Of a stretch of 64,000 nucleotides of DNA, positions 1-10,331 are shown in pieces (position 1 is the stretch's first letter; the number at the start of each line of letters is the position of its first letter). The stretch comes from an uncultured delta proteobacterium (GTDB lineage Bacteria > Desulfobacterota > WTBG01), in assembly GCA_963793865.1 (NCBI GenBank), contig CAWCBP010000002.1, positions 117,722 through 181,721 of the forward strand. Direction: 5' to 3'. The notes beneath the pieces are model-generated. The model was not told where the DNA came from. It ran no database searches and saw only the letters and a list, made by a program, of their open reading frames with translations. The position numbers were made by a program, and so were the translations under genes.

Positions 1-607
1 GTCTGATGTGAATGCCTCTTTTTTGGGCTATCCGTACAGCAAGATGATCCATCCACTCGGGGAGCCGGTAATCGCCATCTATCAGGAAAGCCAGCAGGTC
101 CTTTTCTTTGGTGAAACCGCACGATTCGACCAGCCTTTGGTAGTACGGCGGGTTGTAGGCCATCATCAAGGCAGGAGGATAATTGAATCCCTCAATGAGC
201 AAGCCCGCCTCGTAATTGGTGGACGGGTTGAGCGGGCCTCTCATGAAGGTCATCCCTTTCTGGCGAACCCACGTCTCCACGGAAGAGAAGAGGGCTGCTG
301 CGGCTTCCGGATCGTCAGCACATTCGAAGAATCCCCAAATGCCCATCTTTTCGTTGTGGAACTGGTTATAATGGCGATCTATGATGCCCGTGATCCTTCC
401 CACCGTCTCCGAACCACGTCGGGCCAGAAAGAGGATGCCCTCGGAAAACTCCCAGAAAGGGTGTCTGCGGGGATCCAGCATCCGGCGAACCTCTTTCTTA
501 AGGGGGGGGACCCATTTGGGGTACTCAGCATAGATCCTCCATGGCAGGTCAATGAAGTCCTTTAATTCCGATCCTCCTTCCACAGTAACGATCTCTATGC
601 CGGCCAT
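1..607 (-). CDS. GNAT-like N-acetyltransferase (YghO-like), runs off the window start
   Basis: Not in the ORF track. Hand translation from ATG at 607: MAGIEIVTVEGGSELKDFIDLPWRIYAEYPKWVPPL...VGRITGIIDRHYNQFHNEKMGIWGFFEC...MRGPLNPSTNYEAGLLIEGF...MMAYNPPYY, open to base 1. Confidence 0.85.
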   Translation of the reverse strand, partial: MAGIEIVTVEGGSELKDFIDLPWRIYAEYPKWVPPLKKEVRRMLDPRRHPFWEFSEGILFLARRGSETVGRITGIIDRHYNQFHNEKMGIWGFFECADDPEAAAALFSSVETWVRQKGMTFMRGPLNPSTNYEAGLLIEGFNYPPALMMAYNPPYYQRLVESCGFTKEKDLLAFLIDGDYRLPEWMDHLAVRIAQKRGIHIR

Positions 608-1014
608 GTTTATCTTTTCGAGAGGTTATGAGCGAAAAACTTTTTTAATAGTACCTATCGTGGCATAATATCAATTATTATTTTTGTGTCAAGGCCGGGA
701 AAGAGGTAGTGCTTCCCTGTCTGAAGTTTTCATAAGCAATTACCGTAAATAAGATTCGTTCCATGCTTGTCTGGTGACCTGCCCCCACTTTTTTACCCCC
801 TGAGGTCTAGGGCATTCTCCCCTCAAAGGCTCGTTATTACTAGAGCAGATACAGCAGCAGGTAGTGTTGGTTATCGGCTCAAGAGGGGATAATAAGGCTC
901 AGGATGCTGAAGTGATAGATGAGGATAAGAAGTATCTGCCGGAGGGAGAGTTTCAACTTCACGACCTCTTTTATTTAATATACCAGAGAGAAGGTTAAGC
1001 ACCGTGATGATTTT

Positions 1015-1206
1015 TTATTTATTCTCTTCCGGATATTTATAGCAATTTAACCCAAGTCGAATAGTTTCAGCGCCAGGGATTGGGACGTTTCCACGAGTCG
1101 TTGCTACCACAATCGTTTTTCCCGTTTTGCTTGGACCAAAGTCTTTGCTTAGGTCTATGGTGATAACTGCTTGATTGTCTTTGAGCTCAATTTGTATATT
1201 ATCCAT
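1015..1206 (-). CDS. small conserved hypothetical protein (GPSKTGKTIVVATTRGN motif)
   Basis: ORF 1015..1263; more likely start MDNIQIEL at 1206 after a GGAG RBS. Confidence 0.7.
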   Translation of the reverse strand: MDNIQIELKDNQAVITIDLSKDFGPSKTGKTIVVATTRGNVPIPGAETIRLGLNCYKYPEENK

Positions 1207-1265
1207 TGTAATCTCCAGCTTGGGTGGTATGGCAATGGGCTTTATGATGATGGCTCTCTGCATTT

Positions 1266-1715
1266 TCAGGGTGTGAATTTCAGTTTGCCGTTTTCATAAA
1301 CTGCTATTTGCTTGTTCGCATATAGAATGACATAATTGGCTATTATATCATTCATGAGGGTGGCTTCAGGTATGTCCATTTTTATAATTTTAAAAATATG
1401 CTCTACTGCACCTATAAATACCTTCGACATGGTTTCCTTCTCTATTTTCAAATAAGCATCGTTGTTGATGAAGAAAAGCACCAGTATTTTAGAAGCGTCG
1501 TTCGCTGTCATTAAACGTGCACCGCGAATCAAATCATAGCTATCGTAATCACCCGTTTCATGATTTACCAATCTTATGTTTATATCCAACAACATCCAAT
1601 CGAGTTCAGTTATCTGAGCGGGCTCACGATACTTTGACAAACCACTTTGACAAATTGCTGAAGCTGGAATAAACAAAGCAAAAATGATTACACCACGTAT
1701 AATCTGTTTTTTCAT
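1266..1715 (-). CDS. hypothetical exported protein
   Basis: 149-aa ORF, signal-peptide-like N-terminus, AAGGAGGAG RBS. Confidence 0.65.
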   Translation of the reverse strand: MKKQIIRGVIIFALFIPASAICQSGLSKYREPAQITELDWMLLDINIRLVNHETGDYDSYDLIRGARLMTANDASKILVLFFINNDAYLKIEKETMSKVFIGAVEHIFKIIKMDIPEATLMNDIIANYVILYANKQIAVYENGKLKFTP

Positions 1716-1907
1716 AATCTCCTCCTTGAATGGTTCAATTATACCCCTAAGTGTTTTCTACCACGATTAGGGGGTGTGTCAATTTTTACTTCATCTCCGG
1801 CTGGAGTTTTTTGAATATGGGTACTCACGCGTGCATACCTGAGTGTTTGAAGCAGATGTCTATACTTTTACGCGACAAAAGGTCACCACAAAAAACAGGT
1901 AAAAATT

Positions 1908-1941
1908 AACGGCAGGGCCATTGCTGACACTGCCGTTTTTT
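1908..1941. terminator. probable intrinsic terminator, possibly bidirectional
   Basis: AACGGCAG...CTGCCGTT stem with A/T tracts on both sides, just downstream of the 1957..2505 stop. Confidence 0.6.
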
Positions 1942-1956
1942 ATGTCACTGGACTGC

Positions 1957-2505
1957 CTAGAGCGAGGACAACAGTTCTATCACGTGCTGGTGCCGTTGTT
2001 CACACTGTTTGGAGAATTGATTCAGGAAACTCTTGCGGTTTTGGCTATCGTCCTGACCGCCCAACTCCTTCGCCAGATGGGCGGCGTACTGCAATGCCTG
2101 AACCTGGGTCAACAACAGTTGCAGTTCGAAATTGCGACCGCTGGAAAAAAGGAGTGTTTTCGTCGTCTGTGACTCGATCGAATCGCGGGTTTTTTTCTCC
2201 AGAGTCGGCAGGCGCGTCGTTTCGAAACGCAGGCGGGGGTACTGTTTGGCGAACGCGTCGAGTTGATCGTGCGCCTGGCCAAAGATTTGTGCGATTTTCT
2301 TAATCTCGGCCGACACTGTCTCATTCGCGTTCTTCACCATCAAAATCTTGTCCACGTTCTGTTCCTGGCGGGTGAGCTCGTACAGCAGGGCGTAGCCTTC
2401 GTTGCACTCGCGGTACCGCGTACTGACAACCGGAATCTTATCTTGCACCGAATCACAACCCGCGAAAATCAAAACGCAAACCACAATTATGGTTTTTGGA
2501 TTCAT
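1957..2505 (-). CDS. putative lipoprotein, helical (DUF4142/ferritin-like?)
   Basis: lipobox IFAGC, GGAGGT RBS, helical composition; fold is a guess. Confidence 0.7.
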   Translation of the reverse strand: MNPKTIIVVCVLIFAGCDSVQDKIPVVSTRYRECNEGYALLYELTRQEQNVDKILMVKNANETVSAEIKKIAQIFGQAHDQLDAFAKQYPRLRFETTRLPTLEKKTRDSIESQTTKTLLFSSGRNFELQLLLTQVQALQYAAHLAKELGGQDDSQNRKSFLNQFSKQCEQRHQHVIELLSSL

Positions 2506-2543
2506 CTCGTACCTCCACTTTCCTTTTCCCGGTCAAATGCTTC

Positions 2544-2705
<162 letters not shown>

Positions 2706-2870
2706 TCAGTTTGTTCTCGGATTCACTGCCGGAGTGACCAAATACTCCTCATCCGAAGGCACCGACTCTGAAACCGCCCCAATAAGCGGATTACCAGTAA
2801 CTGCCGGTATTTCTTCTTCCTTTAAACTCTTTTAACCTGAGTCCTTCGATTCATACATTCGGTTGAGAAT

Positions 2871-3455
2871 TTATTTGCTCTCTTCCTTGATCCTCGTGAA
2901 CTTTGCCCCCTTCAGGGATACGTCAAACATGAGGCCCTTGGGATCAAAAACAAACGCTACCACTGCGTCCTGTAATGAAGTGGTGTCGAGCCGCTTGCCG
3001 CCGCCAACGTCAATCATGGCGACATTGCCGGTCACTCCCACTTCCCAGCCATCAACATTCTTGAACTGATTGAGCGCCTCCTGGGTCATGAAGGCGAGAA
3101 TAATGTCCATTTGTTGTACACCAACGGTGAATCCATAAGACCCGGCGACAAGATTATAGTACCCCGCCGTTTTTCCGCCAATTCGCAGCGCGCCCTGGCC
3201 GTACGTCCCGGCAACAACAAATCCCCCTTTGGTAACCCCGGACATCACCAGCAGACCTTTCGCGGAAGAAGTAAGCTCTTTGGCACCGTTGACCTCTTTA
3301 TAGAATCGGTTCAACGTCTGGTTGGCGTCTGCATCGATCTCAGCAGCTGTCTTCGCGTATGCATTGTGGGAAAACGTGCTGAAGATGGATATAGCCAGAA
3401 TGACGAAACCAAACAGTACTGTTTTACATAAGTTTCTTTTTGCAAATGTTTTCAT
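2871..3455 (-). CDS. YSC84/SYLF-domain lipid-binding exported protein
   Basis: AKGLLVMSGVTKGGFVVAGTYGQGAL, GSYGFTVGVQ and KGLMFDVSLKGAKF motifs; signal peptide. Confidence 0.85.
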   Translation of the reverse strand: MKTFAKRNLCKTVLFGFVILAISIFSTFSHNAYAKTAAEIDADANQTLNRFYKEVNGAKELTSSAKGLLVMSGVTKGGFVVAGTYGQGALRIGGKTAGYYNLVAGSYGFTVGVQQMDIILAFMTQEALNQFKNVDGWEVGVTGNVAMIDVGGGKRLDTTSLQDAVVAFVFDPKGLMFDVSLKGAKFTRIKEESK

Positions 3456-3734
3456 AATGTCTCCCTTTAAGCAAAATGTTCTGTTTTAAAAAATTGGTTA
3501 TTTGAAAAATGAAACGTGTTGCTTTTGACCACCTCCTTTATGTGTTGTCAAAAAAGCTCGAACCCCTGCACACGTCTTGCACCTCCTTTCATATTTGTTT
3601 AATTGTTCTGTACGCACGTTGGGTGGTATCCCCCTGCTGATACAAATATTTGCATTGCCAACGGTTGTTGTGGTGTTTTTAGTGTTAAGAAATGTTTTCC
3701 ATAAGGGTCATAAACATCCCTTCTCAAACAAACT

Positions 3735-4345
3735 TTATCTTCCACATGAAGCGCTCAGGGGTATTGACAGCATACTTACTATTTCCGGCCTGGTGAGCGG
3801 CAGATATATATTGACCTCCGCACCGTGTCCCTGCCGTCTCTCTATTTTCACCCTCCCTGGATGCTGTTTGATGATACGGTACGCTATCGGGAGACTAAGA
3901 CCTTTACCGTGACTACCTGGTATATAGAATGGCTCAAATATTCTTTCTTTAATCTTCTCATCAATAACTTTATATTCATATCTGTAAGAGAAATAAAAGC
4001 GCATGCACCGAGCATAGAATCGTCCCCATCGAGCAGAGATTCGATTTCAAAATTGACCCGGTTGATACTCAATGAAAATGTGCCGCTACCAGGCAGTGCA
4101 TCCATTGCATTTTTTAATAGCAGCGTCACTGCGTCTTTCATAAGGGCCATGTCTGCCATGATCTTCAGGTTTTTTTCTAAAAGAGTTATTGTTACGTCAA
4201 TATCCCTGTTAACATACTGTGGCAACAACCCCTCCACCATTCTCGTAATCTCGTTGAGATCCGTCTCCTTCAATTTCTGTTTCTTATCAATGCTGAAGGC
4301 GGAGAGGATCTTAATCTGGGGTTGTTTTTGATAACTCTCTGTCAT
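3735..4345 (-). pseudogene. stand-alone histidine-kinase ATPase (HATPase_c) domain, frameshifted and degenerate
   Basis: N-box LLKNAMDA is in ORF 3884..4345; F/G2-box region IFEPF...GKGLSLPIAYRIIKQH is in the overlapping frame 3735..4004; frame switch near 3975. Confidence 0.7.
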
Positions 4346-4504
4346 TTCACACCTCCACCATTACCTTCTCTGCCTGTTGTACCCTTTATTCAAAACATAA
4401 AACGGTAAAATGCTTTCCCGCCTGAACAAAGCAGCTGAAATTAACCAGTTCCCAAGATGTCTCTTCTAGGCTATCGTTCTCTCAAAATGGGTCCAACCAG
4501 ATAT

Positions 4505-4720
4505 TTAGACGGACCTATTTAATAAGAAGCCTGCCCTGCAGTCCCGCAAGAGCTTCAACACTGCCGGAATGACCAAAGACTTTTCATCCGAAGTCACCTG
4601 CTCTGAAACCGCTTCAATAACATCATACAGGGTGGTTAGGATAGGAACTGATTGACTTTCCTTTTGCCTATACTCCAGAAGGTTACTACTGCAGTATGGA
4701 TCTGATGAGGTCGTATACAT
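4505..4720 (-). CDS. small hypothetical protein (TTLYDVIEAVSEQV motif)
   Basis: ORF 4505..4786; probable ATG at 4720. Confidence 0.5.
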   Translation of the reverse strand: MYTTSSDPYCSSNLLEYRQKESQSVPILTTLYDVIEAVSEQVTSDEKSLVIPAVLKLLRDCRAGFLLNRSV

Positions 4721-4846
4721 TTTTCTTTCCCTGCACATACAGCACCCCCATGAAAAAGCCTCAGCCAGCAAAAGAACTGAAGGCAACTTTTAGAATCGGG
4801 TAAGATACTTTTCTTTTAGAGCTCCCGGTTTTGAATTGCGCTGACA

Positions 4847-5368
4847 TTATGTTTTTATTTTATAATAATGAGGTCTTTTAGATGCGTACATGGGGTCAAT
4901 ACTGTATATTTTTAAAAAAACCGCTCTATTTACATAGGGTTCTAGGGAGGGCTTATCCATTTCCGGCAGATGAGGCTCCCTTGCTATCCCCTCGTTTGAT
5001 GCTGACAGTTCAAGCAACTTTCCTAATATTGCCTGCACCTCGGATATATCCCCATTCACATAGGTTAAAAAACGGGGCTGCAGCTTATATCCCATCTTTA
5101 CGCTCTCATCCTCCCGGTCAGGCAGAATGATGATGATTCTAATCAAACCAAACAGTTTCTGAATAGCAAGGATGTTCAGAAGATCTTTCCGGTCCCCGGC
5201 TATAAGAACCATGATAGCCAACCCGTCAATGGGTCTGGTGAGTCTTTGAGACAGGGTTCTGATGGTGTGATAAATCTCTGTTTTGTTTTCTACCGCTGAT
5301 GCCTTGAGCAGTCCGATGATCTGTCCCGCAATGATGCCGCTTCTTTTTTCGTAGAATATACATTTCAT
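4847..5368 (-). CDS. hypothetical protein, possible degenerate receiver-like fold
   Basis: 173-aa ORF with alternating beta/alpha pattern (IMVLIA, IIIILPD); GAGGTG RBS. Confidence 0.55.
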   Translation of the reverse strand: MKCIFYEKRSGIIAGQIIGLLKASAVENKTEIYHTIRTLSQRLTRPIDGLAIMVLIAGDRKDLLNILAIQKLFGLIRIIIILPDREDESVKMGYKLQPRFLTYVNGDISEVQAILGKLLELSASNEGIAREPHLPEMDKPSLEPYVNRAVFLKIYSIDPMYASKRPHYYKIKT

Positions 5369-5470
5369 ACATCACCTCACCTAAGAAGTACGGCAACACA
5401 TTGGTTAATGGGGACGGTGCACTTTAATTACATATAGTGCCCTATCCCCTGTAAACACTGAGCCCCGTCA

Positions 5471-6364
5471 TTAGCGAAGCGACTCAATGTTGAGAATTTG
5501 CTCCAAAATGTTGTCGAGAATGCTATCCGTGCCGCTGGAATGGCGACCATATTTGTATCGTCTGTTGTAACCATCTTCGTAGCCGCGAAGGAAACCCTCG
5601 CGGAAGTAGTGGTTGTAGTCGTCCCGGCTTACATAGTAGCCGCTATAGCCATAGTTCGCGTCCCGGTAGGCAAAAGAGCCTCGGTAGTCGGAATCCCAAT
5701 GGTCATCATGGTCAGCCCGCCCGGCTCGAAAGCCTTCCTCATAACCGTATCTCACTGCTTGCTGAAGCAACTGGACGCCGTATTGATTCGTTTCGTAATA
5801 GGTGCCGCCACGATGGTAACGATAGCTCGGAGCTGTGTAGAAGTATGGATCATTGTTATAATCGTGATCGCGATCCTCCTGGAGACGCCTTTGCTGCTGA
5901 CGCAGTTGCTCTAAATACCGTTGATGGTAACGGTTCTGCTCCATCCTCTTTTGCTTCTGAAGCTCTGCTAAATACTGTTCTTCGAGATGCTGCTGTTGTT
6001 CTAGATATTGACGGTACGCTGTCAGACGCTGCTGCTGTTGTTCTATAAGCTGCTGCTGACGCTGCTGGTCGAGCCGCTGCTCTTGTCGTTGTGCGTCCTG
6101 CTTATTTTTTTTGTCCTGCTTATTTATCTGGTCTTGTTTCTCTTTTTTGTATTGCTGCTGTTGTTGTTCCATAAGCTGCTGCTGACGCTGCAGTTCGAGC
6201 TGCTGCTCTTGTCGTTGTGCGTCCTGCTTATTTATCTGGCCTTGATTCTCTTTTTTGTCTTGCTGCGATTGCTCCTGAGCGCGCGTTGTCATGCACATTC
6301 CCACCATCAACACCGCGCTGAATACAATAGCCACTGCCATCCGCCTCAATAAATTCACTCTCAT
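5471..6364 (-). CDS. glutamine-rich exported protein with Tyr/Gly-rich C-terminal domain
   Basis: signal peptide, QQQ tracts, GYEEGFRAG and FREGFLRGYEDGY motifs; AAGGAGG RBS; first gene after the sigma-54 promoter at 6497. Confidence 0.8.
   Translation of the reverse strand: MRVNLLRRMAVAIVFSAVLMVGMCMTTRAQEQSQQDKKENQGQINKQDAQRQEQQLELQRQQQLMEQQQQQYKKEKQDQINKQDKKNKQDAQRQEQRLDQQRQQQLIEQQQQRLTAYRQYLEQQQHLEEQYLAELQKQKRMEQNRYHQRYLEQLRQQQRRLQEDRDHDYNNDPYFYTAPSYRYHRGGTYYETNQYGVQLLQQAVRYGYEEGFRAGRADHDDHWDSDYRGSFAYRDANYGYSGYYVSRDDYNHYFREGFLRGYEDGYNRRYKYGRHSSGTDSILDNILEQILNIESLR
6028..6262. repeat. intragenic tandem duplication (126-bp offset) encoding the Q-rich repeat
   Basis: ATAAGCTGCTGCTGACGCTGC...GTCGTTGTGCGTCCTGCTTATT starts at both 6045 and 6171. 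Confidence 0.85.
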
Positions 6365-6493
6365 TTTAGGCCTCCTTATTTGTTACTGCAGTATGAGCCT
6401 TGGATATAAAAGCATTCACATAGGTTGGAAAACGCGGCTGTAACCTATATCCTATCTATATTCGACGTTTTCATTAGCCGCCTCACTCTATAG

Positions 6494-6840
6494 CATTACA
6501 AGAAACGAGCCATCATGGTCTTGAATGCATAGCCATTGTTATTTCAACCGGTTAGCGGGATCTGACGATAAGGAAGGAACTGTAAACCATCGAAACCCGT
6601 CCCTTGGTACGGGATTGAGTCCCAGCACATGGGATTTGTCCCGTTCAACAGGACACATACAACAGGGGGGGCGACACTAACGGGAAGAATCAGAAATGGG
6701 TTGACAGGTTGTGCTTTTTCAAAAGCACATAGAGGTGGGTTCTGGATAGGCCGGATGACTGACAGGCTTTCTTGATGTCACCCGCGGTAAAGGTCATCAA
6801 GTCCTTTACGTATTGTCGTTCCGCATTGTCCTCAGGGCAA
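6494..6840. repeat. direct repeat copy A (~345 bp) of 11161..11501: sigma-54 promoter, enhancer and orphan 3' end (HTH) of the NtrC-family gene
   Basis: manual alignment gives about 22 mismatches and two small indels; 6690..6831 encodes DNAERQYVKDLMTFTAGDIKKACQSSGLSRTHLYVLLKKHNLSTHF*. Confidence 0.95.
6497..6512 (-). promoter_or_regulatory. sigma-54 (-24/-12) promoter
   Basis: minus strand TGGCTCG-TTTC-TTGTA (consensus TGGCACG-N4-TTGCW); GTCCC...GG(G/T)A dyads upstream at ~6596-6656. Confidence 0.7.
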
Positions 6841-6955
6841 AATATAATCTTCTCATAGGTCTGTTTCTCTCTGACATTTTCTCAATTACCGTTTTTCCAG
6901 TTCGGTTCGATCTCCAGACACAACCCAGCTGTGATAAATTTTAAATTAGAAACAC

Positions 6956-7282
6956 TTATTTTGCTTTCACAAAAACAACTGCTTCCTTATCAATATTAAG
7001 GGTGAGTTTATCCTTTTCAAAAGACCCCGTCCAAGTCATGGTGGCTCCGGGAAATGTTAAATCTATTTTTATCCTGTCACCATCAACAACCCATTGAGCT
7101 GGAATATTTTCACTCTTAGACGCCTTAAAAGCAGCTGTTTTATCGGAATAAAATTCAATAACTGTATTACCATCAGTGACTTCAGGAATCCATTTGCCGA
7201 CCAGACTTGAAGATTTATCACTACATCCCGCAAAAACGAGTAAACATACGATTAAGGAAAACGCAGCAGTAATTCTTTTCAT
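6956..7282 (-). CDS. putative lipoprotein (small beta-rich domain)
   Basis: lipobox VFAGC, LVGKW motif, GGAGGT RBS. Confidence 0.7.
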   Translation of the reverse strand: MKRITAAFSLIVCLLVFAGCSDKSSSLVGKWIPEVTDGNTVIEFYSDKTAAFKASKSENIPAQWVVDGDRIKIDLTFPGATMTWTGSFEKDKLTLNIDKEAVVFVKAK

Positions 7283-7583
7283 TTACACCTCCATTAGCTA
7301 ATAAAAAGCATAGCGCCAACCTTCCGCTCTGTGCCTCGCATTGTCCGGGCTGGGTTATGGTATAATAAGGGTTGTATTAATGCTAGCGTGTCTGTCTAAA
7401 GTCTGGACCTTCTGTATAGCAGACATTGACTATGAAGAAGAAAACCCCACTCTCTCAGACCGCTCAATCCTGGAAAAAGTGGGGTAATGTTAGCTTACAC
7501 CTGATGTGCACTTCCCCTCCTATAACTGCACTCATTAATGCTGCTGCACATGGTTTTAAAACTTTTATTCTACGGGCAGCTCT

Positions 7584-7973
7584 TTAATAGGTCGTGGGCG
7601 GCATTGTCTGTTCGCGCCGGGTAGTGGGAGACTGTGAATTACCCACATCACCTTCAACATGCCAGGATCCATAGCTAAAGAGAATAAGCGACCACCAGGA
7701 GGAATCTACAATGGGATTGATAATAAAATCTCCCTTCCCATTTTCCAGGCAGGTGTTGACAGCATCCTCAAGTGTTGGATTGCCGCCAAATGGAATAAAC
7801 AGGATCCATAAACGGCTGTCGCTGCCCTTCTGATTACGGGCAACATCTGTTTCTTTTAAATCAATGCGGCTCAGTTCAACGTGTTTGGTTGAAAGCACGG
7901 TAAACCCCGTCTGGCGAACAGTACAGCCAAATGCAAGAAAACTGATCACAAAAAGAATAGTTAGTTTTTTCAT
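7584..7973 (-). CDS. putative lipoprotein
   Basis: lipobox LAFGC, GGAGG RBS. Confidence 0.7.
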   Translation of the reverse strand: MKKLTILFVISFLAFGCTVRQTGFTVLSTKHVELSRIDLKETDVARNQKGSDSRLWILFIPFGGNPTLEDAVNTCLENGKGDFIINPIVDSSWWSLILFSYGSWHVEGDVGNSQSPTTRREQTMPPTTY

Positions 7974-8006
7974 GCTTAAACCCTCCGTTACGTGTTTATT
8001 GGACCT

Positions 8007-9625
8007 TTAGTCAGCGTTCACCGCACCACAATCTTCAGTAGCTGATGCTTCTGGATTCCAGTAAAAATCAGTCGGATCCGTTGTTGTAAATCCCGGGTCC
8101 TGCGAAAAATCAGTATCTATAGCCGGCACATAACCAATGATTAAGGATAGATTATCAATCTCCCCCATGCCATAACCAATTTCATCATTAGCTCCATATG
8201 CCGATATCCCCCACCGGCTAATACAAGATTGGGGTGGAACTTCAGTTACTGCTAATGTTGCAACGACTGTGTCTGTGCAAAGATCTTTGACTTTCACTGT
8301 GGCCCTGTGCGAGAATGCATTGTAGAAAATGGTTGCACGATACCAGTTGTTTAACGAATAATTATAGACAACTGTATCAGTCTTTCCATTGAATTGAACA
8401 GAAAAAAGTCTTCCTGCATCAGCATAGCCGGCCGTAAACGTGTAATTTGAGCCATCGTTATACATATCCTCACAGTACAATCCCAATTCGACTCCACCGG
8501 AATAAGGGCCTTCTGCTAAGTTGAAATCAAACGTCAGCCTGAAGCTTTTGCCGGAATACGCAATTGGCTGGTAAACGTAGTCGTCTTCCGCTTCCACAGC
8601 TCTGAAATGGTAAGTGCCATTACGTTGGTGCGGAATGTCTGATCTTGCCGCACAGCTTTGGATTGCACCTTTCTCTTTACCGCTAATCAACGTATCCTTC
8701 TTCCAGCCATTAGTAAGATGGGTTACACAGCTTACGAATTGCCCATGATTCTTAACCCCCTCTGCGCACTCAGCAATCAAATCACTCATGGTACAGCCGT
8801 CATCAAACAGCGTATTGGCAACCCCGCTATTACAACCATCGATAATAATTGTTGCTTCAAGATCCGACTCTGGACAATTGTCTTCATCATCAAGAATGCC
8901 ATCACCGTCAGCATCATTTTCACCAGGCATTGCCGTAAAGCTATAAAGGTTGATTCGGCAATCCTTTGCCGGGTAGCCGGCACTGGTTCCTGTTGTGGTA
9001 ATAAATCTTACGTACCAAGGGAGCCCTTCGTCTAATGTTTTCACTGGATGCATTGTGCCTGTTCCATTAGCACCCTCGTATAGAGTAGCGGTAGCGTCTG
9101 AAGCATCGATTACGATTGACCAATCAGTTGGGCTGAAATCTACACCATTAGAGAGGTATAGTTGTTGGGTTCCTGATAAAATTTTACTTCAAAGGATGTA
9201 AGTAAAGACTGTCTAACCAATCAGTCCTCCCGTCAGTTATTTCAATCAGATGATAGTCAGCATGCATGATCGCAAGGGCTCTGTATATCAGGTTCCCACG
9301 TAAAGTTGATTATCCAATCATTTCCATCATTGAAGTTATATACCGTCCTTGTCCATGCCTGGGCACCGAATGTGTTTCCTGACTCTGGTGTTGTGGCTCT
9401 GGCCTGAAGATACCTATCCGTTGCAACGATTTCAGTGTTGTACCATTGACCATCGCCGCTTCCAGGTCCATCATTGCCGCCGTTGCTTCCACCCACCACC
9501 CAAATGTTGGTATCAATGACTCCATCCTCAAAATTATCTGTGATTACTTGACCAAAAGCTTCCATGCTGAATGATATAAACAGTAACAGTCCAATCAAAC
9601 CGAATATTCTTTTTTTGCTTTTCAC
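8007..9625 (-). pseudogene. exported protein with thrombospondin type-3-like Ca-binding repeat, interrupted by two frameshifts
   Basis: GTG at 9625 after AGGAGG plus signal peptide (ORF 9257..9739); a 4-bp ATGC duplication near 9261-9268 and a second shift near 9185 link it to ORF 8007..9053 (DADGDGILDDEDNC...KGAIQSCAARSDIP). Confidence 0.7.
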
Positions 9626-9891
9626 TCGAACCTCCTGTCCTGAGATTAGGTCATTAACATGAATGTTCTTCGTCCCTGAATATTTATGATCAACAGAACA
9701 ACGGCAGCGATAACAACAGCACATGAATAAATCAGCCAATCGTATAACTGCTCACCAGCCCAACTATCGAGAACATAAAAAGATCGCCCAAAGCGTAGTT
9801 ACCTCCTTTTGTTATGTGACGTCTTGCCTCACCGGTTTACATTGCACCTCAGATTGTGGGCACTTTATCATCTTGTCGCCCATGCAGACAT

Positions 9892-9969
9892 GGCTTCTGA
9901 TTCGGGCATGCGCCGGGACATCAATCATAAGATCTGTTCCTCGTCAATTCGTCCCATGACCGTTTCATG
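9892..9969 (-). pseudogene. short remnant resembling a SufB/SufD C-terminus
   Basis: translates HETVMGRIDEEQIL*LMSRRMPESEA, compared with the SufB/D motif HEAxxGxIDEEQLFYLMSRG. Confidence 0.5.
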
Positions 9970-10041
9970 GCCATTACGGCCGCGTAACGGGTTGAAAATT
10001 CCCGAATAGCATAAATTACACCTTTGTCTTTATGCAGCAGC

Positions 10042-10185
10042 TTACTTCTTGTCCTTTGTTTGCTCTTCGGCCACCTGGCCGGAACGCGGAACAATTCAGG
10101 TCCTGAATCCTAATTTAGGCAGAATATACGCCTGCAAAACGAACCAGACAACCAGAACGATCATGATTATGAGAAATTCTTTCAT
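10042..10185 (-). CDS. small single-TM membrane protein with in-frame TGA at codon 30 (29 aa, or 47 aa if read through)
   Basis: MKEFLIIMIVLVVWFVLQAYILPKLGFRT-TGA-IVPRSGQVAEEQTKDKK-TAA; GAGGGAG RBS. Confidence 0.6.
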
Positions 10186-10256
10186 GGCCTGACTCCCTCA
10201 TTGCGGCAACGGGTTTAACGTTTTTAAAAAAGGACAGGCGGCGGCGCCGCCGGCAA

Positions 10257-10303
10257 AGGCGGGTTCTGGATAGACCGGATAACTGACAGGCTTTCTTGAT
10301 GTC
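10257..10303. repeat. third, 47-bp partial copy of the NtrC-gene 3' segment (matches 11396..11442)
   Basis: AGGCGGGTTCTGGATAGACCGGATAACTGACAGGCTTTCTTGATGTC, 1 mismatch. Confidence 0.9.
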
Positions 10304-10331
10304 TGACTGTTTCCTTCGGTTTGCCGTTAGT

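Noticed and set aside
8..565. 185-aa plus-strand ORF
   Set aside because: Antisense shadow of the GNAT-like gene on the minus strand (1..607), which has recognisable motifs.
800..1000. Short open stretch (EQIQQQVVLVIGSRGDNKAQDAEVIDEDKKYLPEG) resembling a phage-gene remnant
   Set aside because: No start codon or RBS and no family I can identify; too weak to call.
9257..9259. TGA after PCDHAC as selenocysteine
   Set aside because: Another stop follows within five codons; it is better explained by the 4-bp duplication frameshift.
9742..9817. ACATAAC...GTTATAC (minus strand) as an integron attC site
   Set aside because: Inner L boxes are not complementary, no similar sites separate the other island genes, and there is no integron integrase.
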